DNA of 59,483 nucleotides from an uncultured Pseudomonadales bacterium (GTDB lineage Bacteria > Pseudomonadota > Gammaproteobacteria > Pseudomonadales > IMCC2047): contig CAMYIF010000001.1 in assembly GCA_947258415.1 (NCBI GenBank), positions 1-59,483 of the forward strand, written 5' to 3'. The position numbers were made by a program, and so were the translations under genes. The notes beneath the pieces are model-generated. The model worked only from the letters and a program-made list of their open reading frames with translations. It made no database searches and was not told the origin of the DNA. Below, in pieces: positions 19,720 through 28,032 of this stretch (its first letter is position 1; each line of letters opens with the position of its first letter).

Positions 19720-20037
19720 GAATTTACATTTTTATCAGCCCCTGAGCAAACCTCCCGCATGACTTATCACTATTTAAATGATTTTGCCAACCCGGCGCTT
19801 GATAAAAAGCAAATCTGGATTTCGGTTAACGAGGGTGCGGAAAAATTATTTAAGTACCAATAAATATAGCCCTGTTTTTACAAATAGCACATGATGGACC
19901 TGACATTTACCCCCGAAATAATTGGTTTATTTCCGGGAATTGAAAACAACAGGTGCACTTTTCTATTAACATTTGGATACCGGGTCATTTAACTGATAGT
20001 TTATCGTTTCCATGAGACCGGGAACTGCGGCCCAGGT

Positions 20038-20739
20038 ATGCCACTTTTCATTTTTTTTGCACTGATTTTACATTCGACTTCGAGCACAGGGTCCGGGGAT
20101 GCCTTATTTCATGCCGGAGCCTTTTCATCGCAATCAACCGGACAATTGTTTCAACAATGGCAGCCCTATGGCTTTGACAAGGTAAAAGAAAAAACGGTTT
20201 ATACCCATTTAATGCGTCAGGGAAAATGGGTCATCAAGGCTGAAAGCAACGGCTCGGCTTCCGGGCTGGCACGCAAGGTCGACATAGACCCGGGGGAATT
20301 CCCGATTGTCAGCTGGCGTTGGAGAATTACTGCAACACCGAGTAATGCCGACGACAACACGCGTGCAGGAGATGACCATGCAGCCAGGTTATATATTATT
20401 TTTGATGCACCTGAAAATAACCTGCTGGGCCAGATAAAACAGGGCATTGGTTTAGGCAATACGCACGCCATCAACTATATATGGGCGAATGACATGGATA
20501 TCGGTACGTTCAGGCGTAACCCCTATTCCGCACGATCCATCATGCTGGCGGTTAATAGCGGGCAAGAACAGGCGGGCGAATGGATCACCCATCGGCGTAA
20601 TTTCGCCGAAGACTACAGGAATATTTTCGGTAAAAACCCGCCTAACGTATCCGCCGTAGCCATCATGACAGATACCGATAATGGCCAGGGCCAGGTAACC
20701 AGTTATTACGGTGATATTGTTTTTTTACCCGCCGAGTAG
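20038..20739 (+). CDS. DUF3047-domain protein (probably secreted)
   Basis: 233 aa with a hydrophobic N-terminus. WRWRI and GDDHAARLYIIFD resemble DUF3047 as I recall it. Confidence 0.65.
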   Translation: MPLFIFFALILHSTSSTGSGDALFHAGAFSSQSTGQLFQQWQPYGFDKVKEKTVYTHLMRQGKWVIKAESNGSASGLARKVDIDPGEFPIVSWRWRITATPSNADDNTRAGDDHAARLYIIFDAPENNLLGQIKQGIGLGNTHAINYIWANDMDIGTFRRNPYSARSIMLAVNSGQEQAGEWITHRRNFAEDYRNIFGKNPPNVSAVAIMTDTDNGQGQVTSYYGDIVFLPAE

Positions 20740-20894
20740 GCACCCGCCTTCAGCTGAGTCTGGCAGGTGATAGCAAAATCCGGTTAGCCAAACGTCTAAT
20801 TTAGCCTTGCAATTTGTCGAGCCGTTCGCTATCAAGTCAGCAATATATGATTTTTTTATACTGATTTAATTCCGGGATAAAACATACCCTGCCT

Positions 20895-21224
20895 ATGACT
20901 GTTCTCTGCCACATTGACACCCTTCCGGAAGGCAAGGCCAGAAGCTTTGAGCATGCAGGTAAACACCTGTTTGCCGTTAAATACCAGGGGGAAATATACC
21001 TTTATTTAAATCAGTGCCCGCATATGGGTGTCAACCTGAACTGGCAGGAAGATGACTTTTTCAATTACGATAATTCCATGTTGCAATGCTCGATGCACGG
21101 AGCACTTTTCGAGATAAACACAGGATTATGTGTTGCCGGTCCCTGTAAACGGCAATCACTCCTTCCGATCCCTTTCCAACTGGTGACCAACCAGATCCAA
21201 CTCGCCGACCTGCCCGATGAATAA
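20895..21224 (+). CDS. small Rieske [2Fe-2S] ferredoxin-like protein
   Basis: 109 aa. The cluster ligands are CPHMG (CxH) and CSMHGALF (CxxH). Confidence 0.8.
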   Translation: MTVLCHIDTLPEGKARSFEHAGKHLFAVKYQGEIYLYLNQCPHMGVNLNWQEDDFFNYDNSMLQCSMHGALFEINTGLCVAGPCKRQSLLPIPFQLVTNQIQLADLPDE

Positions 21225-21459
21225 CCAGGTTATGCCAGCCGGATTAACCCGCTCCAGCCCCGGTTTAATGGGTTATTATTAGCCTTTCACACTGACAGGA
21301 TAAAAGTGTTGATATACAATGCGGGAGCGCCTGGAGCAGACGACAACCACTTCGCTACCGCCCGGCGCCGCCCGATTAAGCAGGAAATTTGTAGGCATAA
21401 TTAAAAGGTCATTAATGACAAGCTGCTCCAGAAAATATTAATAGCGGGATTCACTTGCC

Positions 21460-22293
21460 ATGAACCAAAACAACACCCGCCTTCCGCTGGTAATTGAACC
21501 TGATCAATTGCTGGACCAACTGGGAAATGCCAACCTGCTGGTCGTTGACCTCGGCAAGCAGGAAAGTTACCTGCAGGCACACGTGCCCGGTGCTGTCTAC
21601 CTGTCGTTCAAGGCGTTGACTTCGGGAACCCCGTCTGCGCCCGGCCGGTTACCCTCCAAAGAAACGCTTGAGCTGATTTTTTCCGAGCTTGGATTAACGC
21701 CCGATACCCACGTAATCGCCTACGACGATGAAGGCGGTGGCTGGGCAGGTCGGCTGATCTGGATACTGGATATGATCGGGCATACTCATTATTCTTATTT
21801 AAATGGTGGCATTCACGCCTGGTTGGCGCACGACCTGGCAACCGAATCAAAACCCAACACACCCAAACCGACCCGGGTTAAAGTGACCTTGAACCCCTGG
21901 CCATCGGTGGATAAGGATTACATTCTTAAACGCCTCGGCTCAGTTGATTTGGCTATTTGGGACGCCCGTTCACCCGGGGAATTTAAGGGCGAGAAAAAAT
22001 TCGCTGACAAGGCCGGCCACATCCCCGGCGCCGCCAATTACGAGTGGACGCGTGGCATGGACAAGGAGCGTCATTTGAAAATACGCAATCTTGAAGATAT
22101 TCGCTCTGAACTGGCCGGTCTGGGCATCACAGGTGACAAGGAAATTATCACCCATTGCCAGACGCATCACCGTTCCGGCTTTACCTATCTATTAGGCAAG
22201 GCGTTAGGCTTTAACAGGATGAAAGCTTACCCCGGTTCATGGGCAGAATGGGGCAACGACCCATCAACACCCGTCGAAATTTCAACCAGGTAA
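21460..22293 (+). CDS. rhdA: tandem-rhodanese thiosulfate sulfurtransferase, RhdA type
   Basis: 277 aa with two rhodanese repeats. The active-site loop HCQTHHRSG is identical to the RhdA loop of Azotobacter/Pseudomonas as I recall it. Confidence 0.85.
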   Translation: MNQNNTRLPLVIEPDQLLDQLGNANLLVVDLGKQESYLQAHVPGAVYLSFKALTSGTPSAPGRLPSKETLELIFSELGLTPDTHVIAYDDEGGGWAGRLIWILDMIGHTHYSYLNGGIHAWLAHDLATESKPNTPKPTRVKVTLNPWPSVDKDYILKRLGSVDLAIWDARSPGEFKGEKKFADKAGHIPGAANYEWTRGMDKERHLKIRNLEDIRSELAGLGITGDKEIITHCQTHHRSGFTYLLGKALGFNRMKAYPGSWAEWGNDPSTPVEISTR

Positions 22294-22323
22294 ATTACAA
22301 CAACAACCTTAAAGGTACTCAGC

Positions 22324-23187
22324 GTGTCTGACTTAAAAAAGAATCTGTTTCTGGCCGGGCAATATGTATTGCCACATAATTTGATATCCCGTATTGCCGG
22401 CTATATTGCCGAATGCAAGTGGTCATGGTTTAAGAATTGGTTTATCCAATACTTTATAAAAACCTATGATGTCAATATGGAAGAGGCGGCACAACCCGAC
22501 CCGAAAGCCTATGCCCATTTTAATGATTTTTTTACCCGTGAGTTAAAACCGGGTGCCCGGGATTTCATTAACACCAAGGGAAGTGTTGCCAGCCCGGCCG
22601 ATGGCTGCGTCAGCCAGGCAGGAAACATAGAGAATGGCCGCATCTTCCAGGCCAAGGGTCATTATTATTCAACGCTGGAGTTACTCGCAGGTTCCCAGGA
22701 ATTGGCCGGGTTATTTGACAATGGAAAGTTTGCCACTATTTACCTGTCGCCCAGGGACTATCACCGGGTGCATATGCCTGTAACGGGTACCCTGAAAGAA
22801 ATGATTTATGTGCCGGGGAAACTATTCTCGGTAAGCCAGCTTACGGCGCTGGAAGTGCCGCGATTGTTTGCCCGCAACGAGCGGGTGATTGCCATATTTG
22901 ACACTGAATTTGGGCCTATGGCGATGATCATGGTCGGCGCCATGATCGTTGCAAGCATAGAAACAGTCTGGGCCGGACTGGTAACTCCACCTAAAAGGGA
23001 ATTAAGGCAAACTAACTATGGTCACCAGCCCAGGCTAAAAAAAGGTGATGAAATGGGTCGATTTAAACTCGGCTCGACGGTCATCATGCTATTCGGTGAA
23101 AACCAGGTTTCCTGGATCGATCAGCTTCAAGAGGGATACCCGGTGCGCCTGGGACAAATGCTGGCCAGTTCCGATACCGAAAAATAA
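22324..23187 (+). CDS. psd: phosphatidylserine decarboxylase proenzyme
   Basis: 287 aa with a GTG start. The LGST self-cleavage motif is in GRFKLGSTVIMLF. Confidence 0.93.
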   Translation: MSDLKKNLFLAGQYVLPHNLISRIAGYIAECKWSWFKNWFIQYFIKTYDVNMEEAAQPDPKAYAHFNDFFTRELKPGARDFINTKGSVASPADGCVSQAGNIENGRIFQAKGHYYSTLELLAGSQELAGLFDNGKFATIYLSPRDYHRVHMPVTGTLKEMIYVPGKLFSVSQLTALEVPRLFARNERVIAIFDTEFGPMAMIMVGAMIVASIETVWAGLVTPPKRELRQTNYGHQPRLKKGDEMGRFKLGSTVIMLFGENQVSWIDQLQEGYPVRLGQMLASSDTEK

Positions 23188-23226
23188 ACCCTGGCCGAAA
23201 TTTGGCTGCGGTTACTATCGACGCTT

Positions 23227-24186
23227 CTAGGCAATCGCGTCGTGGAAGGCCAATACCTGGCTAATGTCTGGGGTGCCGGTTTTCAACATCAACAATCGAT
23301 CGAGCCCCATGGCAACACCGGCGCAATCGGGCAGCCCATGCGCGAGTGCCTGAATTAAATGTTCATCGACGGGAAGCCGCTCCAGGCCTGATGAGTGCCG
23401 GGTCTTCAAATCTGCTGTAATACGACGTTGCTGTTCCCGGGCATCCGTCAATTCGTAATAGCCATTCGCCAGCTCCATGCCATCAACATACAGCTCAAAA
23501 CGCTGGGCAATGTCTGCACCCTGCTCGTCTTTGGTCACTTTTGCCAGGGCGCACTGGCTGGCAGGGTAGTGGTATATGAATGTCAACTTTCCCTTTCCCA
23601 ATTCCGGTTCGATTAAATGCGACATCAGCAGATTCAGCAAAGTATCCCGGTCAACAGGATTATTGCCTGCTGCCTGGAAGCCAGTCAGTTGCCGGGCCAT
23701 AGACACAAGCTCAGGCTCCCCGACGCTAAACGGGTCAATTCCCAGCGTGTCCCGGAACACCCGGCGGTAGGACAACCGCTCGACCGGGCGATCTCCCAAA
23801 ATGCTTTGCACCAGGAGGGCGACTTCATCCATTAACCGGAAATGGTCAAACCCGGGGCGATACCATTCCAGCAGGGTAAATTCGCTGTTATGCCTTTTGC
23901 CGGATTCTTCACCTCGAAAAGCCTTGCAAATTTGAAAAATTGGTCCGCAGCCCGAGGCCAGCAATCGTTTCATGGCAAATTCAGGCGACGTCTGCAAGTA
24001 ACGCCTGTTTCCGGTAAGCGCCAGGGATTGAATGTGAGGGTCGGTGTTGGCCGCACCCGACAGAATCGGAGTCTCTACCTCCAGAACCCCTTGCGATTCG
24101 AAGAATGCCCGTACCTGCCGGTATATTTGTGTACGTGACTCAAGCATCTTTAATGATGCCGAGGTTTTCCAGGAGTCATTCTTCAA
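23227..24186 (-). CDS. epmA: EF-P-(R)-beta-lysine ligase (PoxA/GenX)
   Basis: 319 aa with a truncated class-II LysRS-like core (FRGEESGKRHNSEFTLLEWY, GVAMGLDRLLML). It is adjacent to efp. Confidence 0.9.
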   Translation of the reverse strand: MKNDSWKTSASLKMLESRTQIYRQVRAFFESQGVLEVETPILSGAANTDPHIQSLALTGNRRYLQTSPEFAMKRLLASGCGPIFQICKAFRGEESGKRHNSEFTLLEWYRPGFDHFRLMDEVALLVQSILGDRPVERLSYRRVFRDTLGIDPFSVGEPELVSMARQLTGFQAAGNNPVDRDTLLNLLMSHLIEPELGKGKLTFIYHYPASQCALAKVTKDEQGADIAQRFELYVDGMELANGYYELTDAREQQRRITADLKTRHSSGLERLPVDEHLIQALAHGLPDCAGVAMGLDRLLMLKTGTPDISQVLAFHDAIA

Positions 24187-24251
24187 GGTTTAAATCACCC
24201 GAACAACGCCAACCCACTTTGGTGCATGACAGCAAGCATGGCATTCACTGT

Positions 24252-24824
24252 TTATTTTGAAACGCGGTTTTGATAGACGCCGTTGCGCGTATCAATGCGT
24301 AAAATATCACCGATATTGATAAATAAAGGCACCCGAACAGTAGCACCGGTACTCAGCGTCGCCGGTTTGGTTCCACCCTGCGCGGTATCACCTTTCAACC
24401 CGGGATCGGTCTCTATTACTTCGAGTTCGACAAAATTGGGCGGCATCACCGATAACACCGCACCGTTCCAGAGGGTGACAACATATTTGTCCTGTTCTTT
24501 GAGCCAGTCAATCGCACCAGACACGGCATTTTTATCCGCCGCGTGCTGCTCAAAAGAGCCGTCCGTCATCATAAAGTACCAGAACTCGCCATCCGTATAG
24601 AGGTATTCCATTTCCAGATCCATAACATCGGCGCCTTCCAGGGATTCTCCCGACTTGAAGGTACGCTCCCAGACCCGGCCGTTTTTCAAATTGCGAAGCT
24701 TAACCCGGTTAAACGCCTGACCCTTGCCGGGCTTGACGAATTCGTTCTCCAGGATACTGCAGGGATCACCCTCAAGCATTACCTTAAGACCTGAGCGAAA
24801 TTCGTTGGTAGAATAGCTGGCCAT
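24252..24824 (-). CDS. efp: translation elongation factor P
   Basis: 190 aa. The loop [18 protein letters not shown] carries the modifiable Lys. Confidence 0.97.
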   Translation of the reverse strand: MASYSTNEFRSGLKVMLEGDPCSILENEFVKPGKGQAFNRVKLRNLKNGRVWERTFKSGESLEGADVMDLEMEYLYTDGEFWYFMMTDGSFEQHAADKNAVSGAIDWLKEQDKYVVTLWNGAVLSVMPPNFVELEVIETDPGLKGDTAQGGTKPATLSTGATVRVPLFINIGDILRIDTRNGVYQNRVSK

Positions 24825-24835
24825 ATTTCCTCTCG

Positions 24836-25936
24836 ATGAATTTTAAATGGAACCCTTTATACCCGGGCATGAAAAAAATTAGCGTCATCATACCCAAATC
24901 CGTGCCGGTACTCCATCCGGATAGCGACACACGGGAAAAAGAAAAACGCCCCAGGTCATGGCAGGCGGAATTGAGTCATGCGGTCACCGATGTAGCTGAA
25001 CTGTTACGTTTAACCGGTAACCGGATTGAAGATATTTTGCCGGTCAACCCTAAAGCCCTCCAATTTCCCTTGCGCGTGCCCCACCCCTACATACAACGTA
25101 TAGTACCGGGCGACATCAACGACCCTTTACTCAGGCAGGTCTTGCCCGTGTCGCTGGAAGCCGAACAAAAACCCGGTTATATCACCGACCCGCTTGACGA
25201 AGCATCCACAAACCCGCAGCCCGGTATTATTCACAAGTATGCTGGCCGGGTGTTGTTAATTCTCACCGGTTCCTGTGCCATTAATTGCCGATACTGTTTT
25301 CGACGACACTTCGCCTATAAGGAAAACCGGAACAGCAAAAAACAATGGCTTCGTGCGCTCGACTATATCAGGAACGACCAGAGTATTACCGAAGTCATCT
25401 ACAGTGGTGGCGACCCGTTATTAAACAGCGACAAAAACCTCGATTACCTGACCCGTGCAATCGCAGATATTTCACACGTAAAACGCCTGCGTATCCATAC
25501 CCGATTACCCGTGGTTATTCCGCAGCGGATAACACCCGGACTACTTAAGTCATTAGCGGGGAACAGGCTCAAAATCGCCATGGTAGTCCATATCAACCAT
25601 CACAACGAGATTGATAAAAGGGTGAAAACAGCCCTTAAACCACTGCGCGACCACGACATCACGCTGCTCAACCAGAGCGTTTTATTGAAAGGCATCAATG
25701 ACCGCGCAGCGCTACTGACCCGGTTAAGCGAAGCTCTCTACGACGCCGGCGTATTGCCCTACTATTTGCATTTGCTGGATAAGGTGGATGGCGCCGCACA
25801 TTTTGATATTAGTCAAACTGAAGCCCAAAAACTTGTCGGCAGGATTGCTGCCAACCTGCCAGGTTACCTGGTACCGAAACTTGTTACCGAAACCCCTGGG
25901 CAAGTGGCCAAGACTCCGTTACTTCCAATCCTCTAG
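24836..25936 (+). CDS. epmB: EF-P beta-lysylation protein EpmB (lysine 2,3-aminomutase-like radical SAM)
   Basis: It has the radical-SAM [11 protein letters not shown] motif and DPLLRQVLP. The true start may be ATG 24869 (MKKISV). TAG stop. Confidence 0.88.
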   Translation: MNFKWNPLYPGMKKISVIIPKSVPVLHPDSDTREKEKRPRSWQAELSHAVTDVAELLRLTGNRIEDILPVNPKALQFPLRVPHPYIQRIVPGDINDPLLRQVLPVSLEAEQKPGYITDPLDEASTNPQPGIIHKYAGRVLLILTGSCAINCRYCFRRHFAYKENRNSKKQWLRALDYIRNDQSITEVIYSGGDPLLNSDKNLDYLTRAIADISHVKRLRIHTRLPVVIPQRITPGLLKSLAGNRLKIAMVVHINHHNEIDKRVKTALKPLRDHDITLLNQSVLLKGINDRAALLTRLSEALYDAGVLPYYLHLLDKVDGAAHFDISQTEAQKLVGRIAANLPGYLVPKLVTETPGQVAKTPLLPIL

Positions 25937-26110
25937 AGCATACTATGATCTGTGCCGGTTAACCGGGCCAAAACTGGCCAAACTTCCTTTCTACTCCTAT
26001 ATTTGATACTAGATACCACTCAGGAATAGCAGAAGTCTTACATTTAAAAATGACGACTTGACATATAATCACATCCATTCTTATTTACAGGTTATTGCAG
26101 GAACAATTTA

Positions 26111-27973
26111 ATGCCATTAGAACAATCTTCTGAGCCACTCTCAAACCCGGGGCGCACCCTGAAAACGCTGTCATTTTGCGAGCCGACACCCCGCCATTTG
26201 AATGAATGGATTCAAAATTTACCCATGGTTAACCTGAGCGAATCTTCGCGTCAGCTTTATTATGCAATTATCGAGTTAAACCAGTTAATTATTGAACCGG
26301 AAACCCGGTTGAAAATGCTGGAATTATTACGCCCTCCCATTCAATTTGTTTGTAATGCGTTGAGCAAATATTACCTGAATAATCCCATCCTGCTACCGGA
26401 AAAACCCGGGAAAATATCCCGCCTTGCCATGGCGCTGGATAACCAAATGGCGCTGGGTTATAAGACCATCGTATCGGAAACTGCGCACAAGAATACCTCG
26501 CTGATTTCCCGCAAAGAGAAAAAAATGGCTACGCTGGCAATTGAGCGCGCCATTTCTGCGTTAACCAAGACGATTATCAGGTCATACCAGCTTTACGCTC
26601 CCGCCTCCAAGCAAGTTTGGCTGGAACTGAACAAGCTCTATTTGATCGCCGAAACCAACAGTCTACTGGATGTAAAGGTAGAGGATCGTGAGAATCAGTT
26701 TATTACCAAAACCACCATCTCGGATGTCTACAAGCGTGCCCTGATGCTGGGTTGTTGTAAACCAAACCAGCTGCGCCAGAAGGATATTAGAATCATCGCC
26801 GATGCCACCGAGCTCTGGAGCATGCACCTGTCACTCGGTGAGGTTGAAGCCGGTTCAAATTTTGTTGTGAACCTGAGCAGCGATACCCCTCCTATTTACC
26901 AAAACCTTGCCCGAAAAAAATTAACGCCTTTTCATCGTGGTATCAATTTTTCCCAACTGCTTGAATTATTGGGTGGTTACCTTGCGCAGGCCAGTGAAAG
27001 CCATGATTCCTATACTAAAAGTATAACGGTGCCACAAACGGTATCGGAAGACTTGATTCGATGCCTGTTGCGCGCCTGGAAAGCCTTGACCGATCGCGCT
27101 TTTTCACGCACGCCAAGCACTAAACCCATTAGCCTGTGCGTGGGTTTTAGCGCTTCGCATTGCTTTTTTTCCGGCGGTATTGACTTCGATGCCCTTCTTC
27201 AGCGCGGTGGCAGCGACATCTCAAGCATCATAGAAAATGAGAAATCAGACAAAAAGTCGGAAGACGAACGATTTTCGAGTAAAGATGTAAAGTCTGCCAC
27301 CGATAGTTCAGACCCGTGGGCTGGCGCCTACGATGTTGAACGGGGCGATTTTATTCGTGGCAGCAAACTGCACAATTCCAAACCGGTTGACTACAGTTCG
27401 CCAAAAGGACCCGCCCTCGAAAAACAGGAAAAAGAAATCAAAACAGATCGCAAAAAAACCTACCCCAAACATAATGCCGTTCTCATTGACACCAGCCCAA
27501 GCGGTTATTGCATAAAATGGCAAAAAGATATTCCCAGCGAGGTCAAGACCGGTGAATTAATCGGTGTTAATGAAGGCGACGCCCACTCATGGAGCCTGGG
27601 AGTTATTCGCTGGATAAATAAAATAGATGACTCCGAAACCCTGATTGGCATCGAGTTGCTGGCAGCCGGTTCCATACCCTGTGGAGCAAAAGTGGTCACC
27701 GAGGGTAAACGCAGGTCAGATTATATGCGGGCTTTTTTATTACCTTCCCATATAGCGGGCAAACAATCCGCTTCGCTGATAACGCCTAATCTGCCATTCA
27801 AGGAAGATGTTAAAGTGATCATCAATCAATACGGCGAACTATCCCATGGTTTCCTTGGCAAGCGTATTCTTACTACGGCCAGTTTTACCCAGTTTCTGTT
27901 CGAGGCCGAAGAAGGCGGAGATATCCTTGATGCATCGGATGATAATCTCGATGATTTGTGGCCAGATATCTAG
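26111..27973 (+). CDS. conserved hypothetical protein with degenerate PilZ-like C-terminal domain
   Basis: 620-aa uninterrupted ORF. The N-terminal ~350 aa have no motif I recognise. A charged linker follows. The C-terminal segment, RKKTYPKHNAVLIDTSPSGYCIKW...GVIRWI, has a DxSxxG-like DTSPSG (nt 27488-27505), but its RxxxR is degraded to RKKTY. The tail is acidic. The gene sits 59 nt upstream of the fimX-like gene. Confidence 0.6.
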   Translation: MPLEQSSEPLSNPGRTLKTLSFCEPTPRHLNEWIQNLPMVNLSESSRQLYYAIIELNQLIIEPETRLKMLELLRPPIQFVCNALSKYYLNNPILLPEKPGKISRLAMALDNQMALGYKTIVSETAHKNTSLISRKEKKMATLAIERAISALTKTIIRSYQLYAPASKQVWLELNKLYLIAETNSLLDVKVEDRENQFITKTTISDVYKRALMLGCCKPNQLRQKDIRIIADATELWSMHLSLGEVEAGSNFVVNLSSDTPPIYQNLARKKLTPFHRGINFSQLLELLGGYLAQASESHDSYTKSITVPQTVSEDLIRCLLRAWKALTDRAFSRTPSTKPISLCVGFSASHCFFSGGIDFDALLQRGGSDISSIIENEKSDKKSEDERFSSKDVKSATDSSDPWAGAYDVERGDFIRGSKLHNSKPVDYSSPKGPALEKQEKEIKTDRKKTYPKHNAVLIDTSPSGYCIKWQKDIPSEVKTGELIGVNEGDAHSWSLGVIRWINKIDDSETLIGIELLAAGSIPCGAKVVTEGKRRSDYMRAFLLPSHIAGKQSASLITPNLPFKEDVKVIINQYGELSHGFLGKRILTTASFTQFLFEAEEGGDILDASDDNLDDLWPDI

Positions 27974-28032
27974 TTGCATCACTGGTAATTTTGCCAAAAA
28001 CACCTATAACTTATAGCTAGGAATATATAAGG

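Noticed and set aside
19891-19992. 33-codon ORF (MMDLTFTPEIIGLFPGIENNRCTFLLTFGYRVI) in the rppH / DUF3047 intergenic region.
   Set aside because: It has no Shine-Dalgarno sequence and no recognisable motif, and its length is within chance expectation.
25955-25966. Perfect 12-bp palindrome CCGGTTAACCGG just after the epmB stop, considered as a possible terminator.
   Set aside because: It would form a hairpin with essentially no loop, and it has no following U-tract. There is not enough evidence for a terminator or an operator.
26058-26069. TTGACA immediately abutting TATAAT upstream of the 620-aa ORF.
   Set aside because: The two hexamers are adjacent, with 0-nt spacing, so they cannot act together as -35/-10 elements. 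TATAAT alone may be a -10, but no good -35 lies 16-18 nt upstream.
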